DNA of 32,000 nt, from contig NC_014034.1 of NCBI RefSeq assembly GCF_000021865.1, positions 3,060,001-3,092,000 of the forward strand, read 5' to 3'. Of the stretch, positions 1 to 9,399 are shown in pieces. This DNA comes from Rhodobacter capsulatus SB 1003. GTDB lineage: Bacteria > Pseudomonadota > Alphaproteobacteria > Rhodobacterales > Rhodobacteraceae. Within the stretch, counting starts at the first letter, position 1. Each line of letters starts with the position of its first letter. The notes under the pieces are model-generated. The model was not told the origin of the DNA. It was given only the letters and a program-made list of their open reading frames with translations, and searched no databases. Position numbers and translations under genes: made by a program.

Positions 1-681
1 CCATTTCGAGGCGCCAAGCTGATGGAAGGGCAGCACCTCGACCAGCTCGACCGCGGGACCCAGCCGCGCGACGTGATCGGCCATGCGGGCGATATCCTCG
101 GGCGCGTCGGTCCAGCCGGGCACCAGCACGTAGCGAATGCGCATCTTTTTCCCCAGCCGCACCATCCGGTCGGCGCAATCGAGCGTCGGCTGCAAGGGCT
201 GCGCCGTCAGCGCCAGATGCCGCGCCGGGTCGATGTGCTTGATGTCGAGCATCACGAGGTCGATCGGATCGAACCAGTCGTCGGTCACGCGATCATGCAG
301 ATGGCCCTGCGTATCCAGCGCGACATGCAGCCCGAAGCGGTCCTTCAGTGCCCGGGCGGTGGCGTGGACAAAGGCCGCCTGCATCATCGGCTCGCCGCCC
401 GAAAAGGTCACCCCGCCCGCGAATTTGAGGAAACTGGCCAAGGGCGCAACCTCGGCCACGAGATCCTCGACCGCCACCCGGCGGCCTGCATGCAGTTTCC
501 AGGTGTCGGGGTTGTGGCAGTAAAGGCAGCGGAACTGGCAGCCCGACAGGAAAAACACGAAGCGCATCCCCGGCCCGTCGACCGCCGCCCCGGATTCGAG
601 CGAATGCAGGAAACCGTGACAGGCGGCCTCGTGCGGATCGCAGACAGCGTCAAACCCGGGATGCGGCGTCAGGATCGTCAT
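1..681 (-). CDS. pflA: Pyruvate formate-lyase activating enzyme (radical SAM); last ~20-25 codons lie beyond the left window edge
   Basis: Hand translation of the minus strand from ATG at 681 (absent from the ORF track because there is no in-window stop): MTILTPHPGFDAVCDPHEAACHGFLHSLESGAAVDGPGMRFVFFLSGCQFRCLYCHNPDTWKLH...VELVEVLPFHQLGASKW. It has the CX3CX2C radical-SAM motif and is colinear with E. coli PflA (..VDGPGIRF..GCLMRCLYCHNRDTW..LLPYHELGKHKW). It starts 6 nt after the pflB stop. Confidence 0.9.
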   Translation of the reverse strand, partial: MTILTPHPGFDAVCDPHEAACHGFLHSLESGAAVDGPGMRFVFFLSGCQFRCLYCHNPDTWKLHAGRRVAVEDLVAEVAPLASFLKFAGGVTFSGGEPMMQAAFVHATARALKDRFGLHVALDTQGHLHDRVTDDWFDPIDLVMLDIKHIDPARHLALTAQPLQPTLDCADRMVRLGKKMRIRYVLVPGWTDAPEDIARMADHVARLGPAVELVEVLPFHQLGASKW

Positions 682-687
682 CGCGGC

Positions 688-2955
688 TCACAGGCTGGCG
701 TGGAAGGTGCGGCTGATCACGTCAAGCTGCTGCGCCCGCGTCAGCTTGACGAAATTCACCGCATAGCCCGAGACGCGCACGGTCAGCTGCGGATAGGCCT
801 CGGGGTGGTGCATCGCATCTTCCAGCATCTCGCGGGTCAGCATGTTGACGTTGACGTGAAAGCCCCCTGCCCCGCAGAAGCCGTCCAGACAATTGGCCAG
901 GTTCGTCACCTGCTCGGCCTCGGTATGGCCCATCGAGCCGGGGGTGGCCGAGGCCGTCCAGGACACGCCATCAAGCGCGGCATCGTAAGGCAGTTTCGCG
1001 ACCGAGGCGCCCGCCGCCACGAAGCCCTTCTTGTCGCGCCCGTTCATCGGGTTGGCGCCGGGCGCAAAGGGTTCGCCCGCGCGGCGGCCATCGGGGGTGT
1101 TGCCGGTCTTCTTGCCGTAAACCACATTCGAGGTGATCGTCAGGATCGACTGCGTCGGCATGGCGTTGCGGTAGAAATGCGGCTGCGCGGCGATCTTGGC
1201 CATGAAGGCCTCGGTCACGGCGACGGCGATTTCGTCCACCCGGTCATCGTTGTTGCCAAAGGCCGGATAGTCGCCCTCGATCGCGTAATCGACGGCAAGA
1301 CCGGCGTCGTTGCGGATGACCCGAACCTTGGCATGCTTGATCGCCGAGAGGCTGTCGGCGACGATCGAGAGCCCCGCAATCCCCGTCGCCATCGTGCGCA
1401 GGATATCGCGGTCATGCAGCGCCATCTCGATCCGTTCATAGGCGTATTTGTCATGCATGTAGTGGATCGCGTTCAGCGCCTTGACATAAGTCCGCGCCAG
1501 CCAGTCCATCGCCAGATCGAATTTGGCCCGCACCTCGTCATAGTCGAGCACATCCGCGGTGATCGGGCTCAGCCCCCTGGCCACCAGCGCCCCCGACTTT
1601 TCATCGACGCCGCCGTTGATCGCGTAAAGCAGCGCCTTGGCCAGGTTTGCCCGCGCGCCAAAGAACTGCATCTGCTTGCCGATCCGCATTGCGGACACGC
1701 AGCAGGCGATGCCGTAATCGTCGCCCCATTTCGGCCGCATCAGATCGTCGTTTTCATATTGGATCGCCGAAGTATCCTTGGACACCTTGGCGCAGAAGGT
1801 CTTGAAGCCGCGCGGCAGGCCGACCGACCAGAGCACGGTCAGGTTCGGCTCGGGCGCCGGGCCAAGGTTGTAAAGCGTCTGCAGCACCCGGAACGAGGTC
1901 TTCGTGACCAGCGTCCGGCCGTCTTCGCCCATGCCGCCGATGGCCTCGGTGACCCAGGTGGGATCGCCCGAGAAGAGCTCGTCATAATCCGGCGTGCGCA
2001 GGAAGCGGATGATGCGCAGCTTGATCACCAGATCGTCGATCAGCTCCTGCGCCGCTTCCTCGGTCAGACGGCCCGCCGCCAGATCGCGTTCGAAATAGAC
2101 GTCAAGGAAGGACGAGACCCGGCCCAGCGACATCGCCGCGCCGTTTTGTTCCTTTACCGCCGCCAGATAGCCAAGATAGGTCGCCTGCACTGCCTCACGC
2201 GCGGTAAAGGCCGGGGCGGACAGATCGATGCCGTATTTGCCCGCCATCTCGCGCAGCTCTTCCAGGGCGCGGAACTGTTCGGAAAGCTCCTCGCGCAGGC
2301 GCAGCGTGTCTTCGTCGAAGACCGCCTCATCCAGCGCATGGAATTCCGCCAGTTTCGCCGCCTTCAGCCGGTCGATGCCATAAAGCGCCACGCGCCGGTA
2401 ATCGCCGATGATCCGGCCGCGGCCATAGGCATCGGGCAGGCCGGTGATCACGCCCGATTTCCGCGCCGCCAGAATGTCGGGGGAATAGGTGTCGAAAATG
2501 CCCTGATTGTGGCTCTTGCGGTATTTCGTCCAGATCTCGGCCACGGTCGCATCCGGGGTGAAACCATAGGCCTTCAGCCCGGCCTCGACCATGCGCAGCC
2601 CGCCGTTCGGCATGATCGCCCGCTTGAGCGGCGCATCGGTCTGCAGGCCGACAATGAGTTCGTTGTCGCGGTCGATATAGCCCGCCTCATGCGCGGTGAT
2701 CGTCGAGGGCCGGTCGGCCGAGACATCCAGAACCCCCCTTTCGCGTTCCAGTTTCAGCAGCGCCGCGACATCGGCCCAAAGCTTGCGCGTCCGCGCCGTC
2801 GGCCCGGTCAGAAAGCCCGCATCGCCGGTGAAGGGGGTGTAGTTTTCCTGAATGAAGCCGCGCAGGTCGATCGTCTCGCGCCAGGCCCCGGCCGAGAACC
2901 CGTGCCACGGATCGACGGCGGCGGCAGTCATCGGGGTTTCGGTGAAGGCATTCAT
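688..2955 (-). CDS. pflB: Formate C-acetyltransferase (pyruvate formate-lyase, glycyl radical enzyme)
   Basis: 755-aa ORF. C-terminal glycyl-radical motif RVSGYAVNF, internal catalytic CC pair (GIACCVSAM) and full-length PflB-like sequence. SD GGAAAGGA lies upstream of ATG 2955. Confidence 0.97.
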   Translation of the reverse strand: MNAFTETPMTAAAVDPWHGFSAGAWRETIDLRGFIQENYTPFTGDAGFLTGPTARTRKLWADVAALLKLERERGVLDVSADRPSTITAHEAGYIDRDNELIVGLQTDAPLKRAIMPNGGLRMVEAGLKAYGFTPDATVAEIWTKYRKSHNQGIFDTYSPDILAARKSGVITGLPDAYGRGRIIGDYRRVALYGIDRLKAAKLAEFHALDEAVFDEDTLRLREELSEQFRALEELREMAGKYGIDLSAPAFTAREAVQATYLGYLAAVKEQNGAAMSLGRVSSFLDVYFERDLAAGRLTEEAAQELIDDLVIKLRIIRFLRTPDYDELFSGDPTWVTEAIGGMGEDGRTLVTKTSFRVLQTLYNLGPAPEPNLTVLWSVGLPRGFKTFCAKVSKDTSAIQYENDDLMRPKWGDDYGIACCVSAMRIGKQMQFFGARANLAKALLYAINGGVDEKSGALVARGLSPITADVLDYDEVRAKFDLAMDWLARTYVKALNAIHYMHDKYAYERIEMALHDRDILRTMATGIAGLSIVADSLSAIKHAKVRVIRNDAGLAVDYAIEGDYPAFGNNDDRVDEIAVAVTEAFMAKIAAQPHFYRNAMPTQSILTITSNVVYGKKTGNTPDGRRAGEPFAPGANPMNGRDKKGFVAAGASVAKLPYDAALDGVSWTASATPGSMGHTEAEQVTNLANCLDGFCGAGGFHVNVNMLTREMLEDAMHHPEAYPQLTVRVSGYAVNFVKLTRAQQLDVISRTFHASL

Positions 2956-3344
2956 GGGGCGGTCCTTTCCCGCGGGGGGCGCGCGCGGCGCGATTGGCGG
3001 CCTGATCGGTCGGAGAACGGAGGATCGACCCGGACCGGCCCCGGCAACGCGCCGCCGGAAGGGAAGAGGCCGATCCTCCGGTAAGATTATCTGACCGGAT
3101 TCCGCGGCTCAAAGCAACCGGGATGACCCAGCGTCACTTCAAATTATGCAAGCAATTTCAAAAGCCTGCCGCTCAGGCTGGGGCGGGTTTGCAAATTCGG
3201 CATGACAAGAATCTTATCCGGAACCGACCCGTGCCGAAAGAAAAGACCCGGCTGAAACATTGTTGTGCGGGGCGGCGCCGAAACAACGGATCCTGTCGGG
3301 TCGAAGCGCTTTGGGCAATCATCGGGACCCGCGCGGGGAACCGT

Positions 3345-4124
3345 TCAGGGCCGGATGAATTTCGCCCCGCCGATGCGGCGCGTCTCGTTCACCGGGGCGG
3401 TGCTGTCGGGCAGGTCAAGTTCCGCCCGGACCGCCTCCACCCGCTCGACCAAAGTGCCGAGCGAAACCTTCTTGCCGCGCAGCTCCGCCTTGGCCGAGAC
3501 GACCGAGACGATCTTCGGCTCGAAGCTGCGCATCGCGAAGACCGGCGCCCCCGACGATCCGAAATCGGCGGCGCAGTTCATCAGCACGACATCGCTGTCG
3601 CGGGTCAGCACGTTGCACATGCTTTGCAGCGCCGGCGCCTCGGCGCGGTCATGGGCATAGGAAACGACACCGACGGTATCCCCCTCGGCGGGCGAGGTGT
3701 CGAGCGCGAAGGGCTGCACCTGCGGCAACCGGATCGGCTGATCCAGCTGCACCAGCGCCAGATCATAGCCCACAAGGTCGAACTGCCGCGGCCCGAGATA
3801 TTGATAGGACGGATGCGCGACGGCACGGCGCGCGTTGCGATAGGCGACGGCACGGCCATTGCGCAGCCCGGCCTGAAACTCGATCGCGCGGGTGTCGATC
3901 ATCTGCCGCGTCTTCGGATCATAAAGACAATGCGCCGCCGTCAGCACCAGATCGGCGGCAATCAGCGTGCCGGTGCAGAAACTGCCATGGCCCAGATCCA
4001 GCCGCCCGACCGCCTCCCAGCCGCGGCTGTCATTGCCGGTGGCCAGCAGCTTCAGCCCGCTTTCAAAGGCCGCGGCAGGCGCGGCGCAAAGCGCGATCAG
4101 GGCAAGGGCAAGGCGCAGGCGCAT
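3345..4124 (-). CDS. Secreted trypsin-fold (S1 family) serine protease
   Basis: 259-aa ORF with signal peptide MRLRLALALIALCAAPAAA. Catalytic motifs: His in LTAAHC, Asp in YDLALVQL, Ser in DFGSSGAPVF. SD GGAG lies 6 nt upstream of ATG 4124. Confidence 0.8.
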   Translation of the reverse strand: MRLRLALALIALCAAPAAAFESGLKLLATGNDSRGWEAVGRLDLGHGSFCTGTLIAADLVLTAAHCLYDPKTRQMIDTRAIEFQAGLRNGRAVAYRNARRAVAHPSYQYLGPRQFDLVGYDLALVQLDQPIRLPQVQPFALDTSPAEGDTVGVVSYAHDRAEAPALQSMCNVLTRDSDVVLMNCAADFGSSGAPVFAMRSFEPKIVSVVSAKAELRGKKVSLGTLVERVEAVRAELDLPDSTAPVNETRRIGGAKFIRP

Positions 4125-4172
4125 GGGTCACTCCGGTCCGGTCCCGCAGCCTAGCCCGCGCCTTGGGCAAGA

Positions 4173-5456
4173 TTAAGGCAGCGCGACCAGCCGCGGCGGT
4201 TTCGGCCCGCCCGTGGCCCAGTCGAGCAGCTCGACCGTATGCACGACGGGCAGCCCGGTGCCCGAGCCGATCTGCATCATGCAGCCGATATTGCCCGTCG
4301 CGATCAGCTGCGGCGCGGTGGCTTCAAGCGTCGCGACCTTGCGCCGTTTCAGCTCGCCCGAAATCTCGGGCTGCAGCAGGTTGTAGGTCCCCGCCGAGCC
4401 GCAGCACAGATGGCTTTCGGAGGGTTCCACCACGGTGAAGCCCGCGGCTTTCAAAAGGTCCTTGGGCGCGGTCCTGATCTGCTGGCCGTGCTGCAGCGAA
4501 CAGGCGGCGTGATAGGCGACGCGCAGCGGCTTCGGCGCCGCCTCGGGCAGGCCGACATGCGCCAGAAACTCGGTGATGTCGCGGGCAAGGCCCGCCACCT
4601 GCGCGGCCTCCTGCTGCAGGGGCGTATCGGCGAAATAGCTGCCGTAATCCTTCACCGTCGTGCCGCAGCCCGAGGTGTTGATGATGATCGCATCCAGCCG
4701 CCCCGCCGCCAGATAGGCGCGGATATTGGCCTCGGCCTGGCCATGCGCCTCAGCCTCGCGGCCCATGTGATGCACAAGCGCGCCGCAGCAGCCAAGGGTC
4801 TTCGGAATGACCACCTCGCAGCCCAGCCGCCGCAACAGCCGGATCGTCGCATCGTTGATATCGGTATCCAGCGCCTTTTGCGCGCAGCCGGTCTGCAGGG
4901 CAACGCGGAAGCGCCGGGCGCCCAGCGCCGGAAAGACCTGCGGTTTCACATTGGGCGAGGGCTTGGGCAGGCTTTCCGGCGCCATCGCCAGCATCGCGCG
5001 CAGCCGCGCATCGGGGAAGGCCCGGGCAAAGGGCTTGGCCCACCGCGCCGCGGTCATCGCCAGGCGGAACCGGGTCGGATGCGGCACCGTCTTCGCCAGC
5101 AGGAAGCGCAGCGCCCGGTCCAGCAGCGGCCGCTTGAAAGTGCGGTCCACATGCGCGCGGGCCTGATCGATCAGATGCATGTAATCGACGCCCGAGGGGC
5201 AGGTGGTCATGCAGGCGAGGCACCCCAGACAGCGGTCGATGTGCCTGGCCGTGCGGGCATCGGCCGGGCGGCCGGTTTCCAGCATCTCCTTGATCAGATA
5301 GATGCGCCCGCGCGGGCTGTCGAGCTCGTCGCCCAGCACCTGATAGCTGGGGCAGGTGGCGGTGCAAAAGCCGCAATGGACGCAGCTGCGCAGGATCTGG
5401 TTGGCGCGGGCCAGCGCGGGATCGGCCAGCTGCTCGGGCGTGAAATTCGTCTGCAT
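4173..5456 (-). CDS. glcF: Glycolate oxidase iron-sulfur subunit
   Basis: 427 aa. Two 4Fe-4S ferredoxin-type motifs (CVHCGFCTATCP and CLGCLACMTTCP) followed by CCG-domain cysteines (CCG.., HLCCGSAG). The start overlaps the glcE stop as ATGA at 5454-5458. Confidence 0.93.
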   Translation of the reverse strand: MQTNFTPEQLADPALARANQILRSCVHCGFCTATCPSYQVLGDELDSPRGRIYLIKEMLETGRPADARTARHIDRCLGCLACMTTCPSGVDYMHLIDQARAHVDRTFKRPLLDRALRFLLAKTVPHPTRFRLAMTAARWAKPFARAFPDARLRAMLAMAPESLPKPSPNVKPQVFPALGARRFRVALQTGCAQKALDTDINDATIRLLRRLGCEVVIPKTLGCCGALVHHMGREAEAHGQAEANIRAYLAAGRLDAIIINTSGCGTTVKDYGSYFADTPLQQEAAQVAGLARDITEFLAHVGLPEAAPKPLRVAYHAACSLQHGQQIRTAPKDLLKAAGFTVVEPSESHLCCGSAGTYNLLQPEISGELKRRKVATLEATAPQLIATGNIGCMMQIGSGTGLPVVHTVELLDWATGGPKPPRLVALP

Positions 5457-6544
5457 CAGCCCATCTTTCCGGGGTTGAAAAGTCCTTTCGGATCAAAGCG
5501 GTCGCGAAGCCCGCGGCTCAGCGCGGCAACCGGCGCGGCCTCGGGTTCAAAGGCGGGCAAGCCGCCGCGCAGGCAGGTGGCATGGCCCGCATAGGGCGCG
5601 GCCAGCTTGCGCGCATCGGTGTCCGGCGCCACCAGCGCCCAGACCAGCCCGCCGCCCCAGTCGAGCACCGCCCGCCCACCGAGCCGCGCCGCGACCAGCG
5701 GCCCGTCGGAGGGCTTGACCGAGAACCGCCACAGATCGCCCGGCAGCCCCTGCAGGGGCGCCGCCCCGGCCAGATCGCGCCAGAGCCCCGCGCCCTCGTC
5801 GCGCATCACCTTCGGTGCCCAGGCCGCGAGGACCTCGGCCAGCCGCCCGGCGCGATAGGATACCGATTGTTCGAGCCCCTCGATGCGAACCACCGCCCCC
5901 ACCCCGGGCAGCCAGCCCGCGCCGGAAACATCGAATTGCGACCCCAGCGCTGCCGCCAGCACCGCCGCCGCCTCGGCCAAAGGCACATCCATGACCAGCG
6001 TCGCCTGCGCGGGCGCGGCGGGCAAAAGCTTGAAGGCCACCTCGCTCAGCACGCCCAGAGTGCCCCAGGACCCGGCCATCAGCTTCACCAGATCATAGCC
6101 GGTGACATTCTTCATCACCCGCCCGCCGTTCTTCACCGCCGCGCCGGTGCCATCGACGAAACGCACGCCGATCAGACTGTCGCGGCAGGCCCCCGCCTGC
6201 ACCCGCCGCGGCCCCGAGACATTGGCCGCCACCACGCCGCCGATCGTGCTTTCGCCCGCAGCGCCCAGCACCGCGCCCCAGCGCGCCGGTTCAAAGGGCA
6301 GCCGCTGCCCCTCGGCCGCCACCGCCGCCTCGATCTCGGAAAGCGGCGTGCCCGCCCCGGCCATCAGCGTCAACGCCCCCGGCTCGTAAAGCGAAATCCC
6401 GGAAATCGCCACCTGCAGCGGCTCCCCCGCCAAAGCGCCCAACGGCCGCGTGCCGCCGCCGACGATCCGCAGCGGCGCCTTGGCCCCGCGCACCGCCTCG
6501 ACCAGCTGACTTTCGCTTTCAACCCTCATCGGCCCTGCTTTCAT
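5456..6544 (-). CDS. glcE: Glycolate oxidase FAD-binding subunit
   Basis: 362 aa with an FAD-binding PCMH-type N-terminal domain (LRIVGGGTRP..), located between glcD and glcF. The start could instead be the ATG five codons downstream (MRVESES..). Confidence 0.85.
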   Translation of the reverse strand: MKAGPMRVESESQLVEAVRGAKAPLRIVGGGTRPLGALAGEPLQVAISGISLYEPGALTLMAGAGTPLSEIEAAVAAEGQRLPFEPARWGAVLGAAGESTIGGVVAANVSGPRRVQAGACRDSLIGVRFVDGTGAAVKNGGRVMKNVTGYDLVKLMAGSWGTLGVLSEVAFKLLPAAPAQATLVMDVPLAEAAAVLAAALGSQFDVSGAGWLPGVGAVVRIEGLEQSVSYRAGRLAEVLAAWAPKVMRDEGAGLWRDLAGAAPLQGLPGDLWRFSVKPSDGPLVAARLGGRAVLDWGGGLVWALVAPDTDARKLAAPYAGHATCLRGGLPAFEPEAAPVAALSRGLRDRFDPKGLFNPGKMG

Positions 6545-6566
6545 CTTGCCGTAAATATCCCGGGGT

Positions 6567-6583
6567 GCGGGGCAGAGCCCCGC
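6567..6583 (-). other. Intercistronic stem-loop between glcD and glcE (GCGGGGC-AGA-GCCCCGC)
   Basis: Perfect 7-bp inverted repeat with a 3-nt loop, read directly from the sequence in the 42-nt glcD-glcE gap. Confidence 0.5.
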
Positions 6584-6586
6584 GAC

Positions 6587-8017
6587 TTACCCCCGCCGCG
6601 ACGCACTGACATCGAGCGGAAACACCTTCGCGGCATTCAGCAACCACTTCGGATCAAACACATCCTTGACCCGCATCTGCGCCTCCAGATCCTCGGGCGC
6701 GAATTGCACCGCCATCAGATCGCGCTTTTCGATCCCCACGCCATGTTCGCCGGTCAGACAGCCGCCCGCCTCGACGCACAGCTTCAGGATCTCCGCCCCC
6801 ATCCGCTCGCACAGTTCCTGCTGCCCGGGCTGATTGGCGTTGTAGATGATCAACGGGTGCATGTTGCCATCGCCCGCGTGAAAGACATTGCCGACCTCCA
6901 GCCCGAAGTCGCGCGAGATCTCGCCGATCCGGCGCAGCACCATCGGCAGGGCGGAAACCGGAATCGTCCCATCGAGACACATGTAATCGCCCTTTTGCCC
7001 CATCGCGCCAAAGGCCGATTTGCGGCCCAGCCAGATCCGCTTCGCCTCCTCGGGCGATTGCGCCTCGCGGAACTCCACCGGGTCATGGCCCGTCGCAATC
7101 TGCCGGATCAGGCCCAGCTGCTCGGCGATCTCGGCCGGGCTGCCCTCGCATTCGACGATCAAGAGCGCCTCGCAATCGGGGTAGCCCGCATGGCAAAAGG
7201 CCTCGGTCGCCTCGATGCAGGGGCGGTCCATGAATTCGATCGCCACGGGCAGGATGCCCGCGCGGATGATGTCGGCGACGCAGGCGCCCGCGACCTCGTT
7301 TGAGGAAAACCCGATCAGCACCGGCCGCGCGCCTTCGGGCTGGCGCAGGATGCGCAAAGTGGCCTCGGTCACCACGCCCAATTGCCCTTCCGAGCCGCAG
7401 ATGACGCCCAAAAGGTCCAACCCGCCCGCGTCACAATAAGGCCCGCCGATCTCGACCACCTCGCCCTGCATGGTGACCAGCTTGACGCCCAGCAGGTTGT
7501 TGGTGGTGACGCCGTATTTGAGACAATGCGCGCCGCCCGAATTCATCCCGATATTGCCCGCGATCGCGCAGGCGAGCTGGCTGGAGGGGTCGGGGGCGTA
7601 GAACCAGCCCTCGCCCTCGATCGCGCCGGTGACGGAGAGGTTCGTGCGCCCGGCCTCGACCCGGATGAAGCGGTTGGCGTAATCGACCTCCAGCACCCGG
7701 TTCATCCGCGCCAGCCCCAGCACGACGGCATCGGCCGAGGGCATCGAGCCCCCGGCAAGCGAGGTTCCCGCGCCGCGCGGCACCACCGGAACGCCCATCT
7801 CGTGGCACAGCTTCAGGCAGGCCGCGACTTCTTCGGTGGTGCGCGGCAGCACGACCGCCAGGGGCGCGCAGCGATAGGCCGAGAGCGCATCGCATTCATA
7901 GGCCCGGGTTTCCGCCGGATCGTCGATCACCGAATCGCGCGGCAGGATTGCCCGCAAGCGTTTGACGATCAAAGCCTTTTCGGCCAGCACCCTGGCGCTG
8001 GGAAGGGGCATTTGCAT
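6587..8017 (-). CDS. glcD: Glycolate oxidase subunit GlcD (FAD-linked oxidase)
   Basis: FAD-binding-4 and FAD-oxidase C domains (VVPRGAGTSLAGG, GEHGVGIEK). I moved the start from the track's TTG (8041) to ATG 8017 because SD GGAGGAG lies 6 nt upstream. Confidence 0.93.
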   Translation of the reverse strand: MQMPLPSARVLAEKALIVKRLRAILPRDSVIDDPAETRAYECDALSAYRCAPLAVVLPRTTEEVAACLKLCHEMGVPVVPRGAGTSLAGGSMPSADAVVLGLARMNRVLEVDYANRFIRVEAGRTNLSVTGAIEGEGWFYAPDPSSQLACAIAGNIGMNSGGAHCLKYGVTTNNLLGVKLVTMQGEVVEIGGPYCDAGGLDLLGVICGSEGQLGVVTEATLRILRQPEGARPVLIGFSSNEVAGACVADIIRAGILPVAIEFMDRPCIEATEAFCHAGYPDCEALLIVECEGSPAEIAEQLGLIRQIATGHDPVEFREAQSPEEAKRIWLGRKSAFGAMGQKGDYMCLDGTIPVSALPMVLRRIGEISRDFGLEVGNVFHAGDGNMHPLIIYNANQPGQQELCERMGAEILKLCVEAGGCLTGEHGVGIEKRDLMAVQFAPEDLEAQMRVKDVFDPKWLLNAAKVFPLDVSASRRG

Positions 8018-8138
8018 GGCGTTCTCCTCCGCTCCGGTCAAAAGTTATGACCAATTTTGCGGATTCGCGCAACCGAAACGATGGGCAGGCTGACCGAGGC
8101 CATCGCCGAGGTCATGCGGAACAGTGGCCTCGTGACCG

Positions 8139-8212
8139 CCGAGGGCCCAAAGGCCCTCGGCCAGCGCCCGCCCCGCCCATGGCGGGCGCTTCTCGCCCGC
8201 CGGGGCGGGCGC
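8139..8212 (-). other. Two adjacent GC-rich stem-loops in the sseB-glcD intergenic region
   Basis: 8139-8160: CCGAGGGCC-CAAA-GGCCCTCGG, perfect 9-bp stem. 8164-8212: outer arms GCGCCCGCCCCG / CGGGGCGGGCGC (12 bp) enclose inner arms GGCGGGCG-CTTCT-CGCCCGCC. Confidence 0.55.
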
Positions 8213-8246
8213 CGGCCTCTGCTGCGCCTGGGGAAACGGTCTTGGC

Positions 8247-8287
8247 ACCGCCCGGGCTCCGGCGGGCGGGGAAAGGCAGTGCCTTTC
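8247..8287 (-). terminator. Two further stem-loops just downstream of the sseB-like stop; candidate intrinsic terminator
   Basis: 8247-8268: CCGCCCG-N8-CGGGCGG. 8269-8287: GGAAAGGC-AGT-GCCTTTCC, perfect 8-bp stem. The latter starts 21 nt after the stop at 8309. No clear U-tract. Confidence 0.45.
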
Positions 8288-8308
8288 CTGATCCGCCCGA
8301 AATCCCCC

Positions 8309-9121
8309 TCAGCGCAGGATCGGCGGCTTCGCCGGGTCCATGCCGGGGGCGGTCAGCTTCAGCTCCTGCACCTCTTCCTCCACCCGCTCGGGCAGGGGCA
8401 GCACCAGCCCCTTGTCCAGCAGCTCCCGCGCCGCCGGATCTTCGGCGTCAAGGAAGGTCACGTCCAGTTCCCCGGCCTCAAGGCCCGAAAACAGCAGCGC
8501 CTCGCCCATCGCCTTGGCAATGCCCGCCCGCGCCGGTTCGGGCGCGCCCAGAAAGGCCAGCACATGCCCGTGCCGCCCGTCGTCATAGGTGACGCCGCCC
8601 AGAACCGCCTCGGTCGCCAGCCCCGCAAGCTGCTCGAATTTCGCCTGAAAGGCGGGCAGCAGCAGCGCCAGGACCGCGGGCGACAGCCCCGGCCCGGCAA
8701 AGGCCACCGGCCGCCCGGCACTGGCCTGCGGCGCATGGGTCAGCGTGTGCGACAGCCATTCGAGCGCCTCGGGCGGCAGCAGCATCGCGCTGTCGGCCAC
8801 GCCAAGGTTCACCCCCAGACCGACCCCCTCGCCCGCCAGAACCTGCGCGATCACCCGGCCCGGCAGCGCCACATAGGGCACGGGTTCGTCGGAAAAGGAG
8901 GCCAGCCGCTCCTCGGTGTCGAAGGCCAGCACGAAATCGCCCTCCTCGGTCTCGAAGACCTGCGGGACGATGTCGTCTTCTGCGTCCGGCTCGCGTTCGA
9001 GCAGCACGAACAGTTCGGCATCGGCCAGCCGGTCATAGACGGCCAGCCGCAGCGCCTCGTTTTCGGGCGCGGCCTCCATCGCGGCATGGGCGCGGTCGTA
9101 GGCGGTCGGATCGGATGTCAT
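8309..9121 (-). CDS. SseB-family protein (function unknown)
   Basis: The sequence from MTSDPTAYDRAHAAMEAAPENEALRLAVYDRLADAELFVLLE...DFVLAFDTEERLASF is typical of SseB N- and C-domain proteins as I recall them. Start set at ATG 9121, with SD GGAAGGAGAG upstream, rather than the track's 9304. Confidence 0.6.
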   Translation of the reverse strand: MTSDPTAYDRAHAAMEAAPENEALRLAVYDRLADAELFVLLEREPDAEDDIVPQVFETEEGDFVLAFDTEERLASFSDEPVPYVALPGRVIAQVLAGEGVGLGVNLGVADSAMLLPPEALEWLSHTLTHAPQASAGRPVAFAGPGLSPAVLALLLPAFQAKFEQLAGLATEAVLGGVTYDDGRHGHVLAFLGAPEPARAGIAKAMGEALLFSGLEAGELDVTFLDAEDPAARELLDKGLVLPLPERVEEEVQELKLTAPGMDPAKPPILR

Positions 9122-9399
9122 CGCGGGCTCTCCTTCCCCCGGGCGCGGGGCGGGCGGCGCCGTCCCGGCCATCCCGGATTGCGTTTCAGCCCCCCCGTAT
9201 TGCGCCCGGAGGAAGGGGGCAAGGGAAACATGGGATTTCCGCGCCGCGCCGTCCTGCGCGGGGAGTGTAGACGCCTGCGCCATTCGGACATATTCTCGCC
9301 CCAATGCCTCCTTAGCAGATGAGGCCCCGGGGCGGCGTCCCCCCGATCAGGCGGGATGCACCGACCGGGGCAAGAGGCGGCACGGCAGGCCGGGAAGCG

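Noticed and set aside
22-3084. 1020-aa plus-strand ORF, plus smaller ORFs at 137-523, 408-653, 1215-1454, 2154-2339, 2687-3112 and 2852-3094
   Set aside because: It lies antisense to, or out of frame with, pflA and pflB, which have unambiguous homology. The translation is Arg/Gly/Pro/His-rich low-complexity sequence typical of shadow ORFs in high-GC DNA.
2956-3344. Looked for an FNR/FnrL box (TTGAT-N4-ATCAA) upstream of pflB, as expected for an anaerobically induced pfl operon
   Set aside because: No TTGA-N6-TCAA arrangement exists on either strand of this 389-bp region. Only a TGAC-N5-GTCA dyad (3124-3136) and an 8-bp palindrome TTTGCAAA (3188-3195) are present, neither with FNR spacing. 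I do not call a site.
3123-8050. Long plus-strand ORFs 3123-4154, 4239-5594, 5582-7303 and 7382-8050, and nested minus-strand ORFs such as 4750-5496 and 7431-7895
   Set aside because: They lie opposite to, or out of frame with, the protease and glcDEF genes. No motifs, and Arg/Pro/Gly-rich composition.
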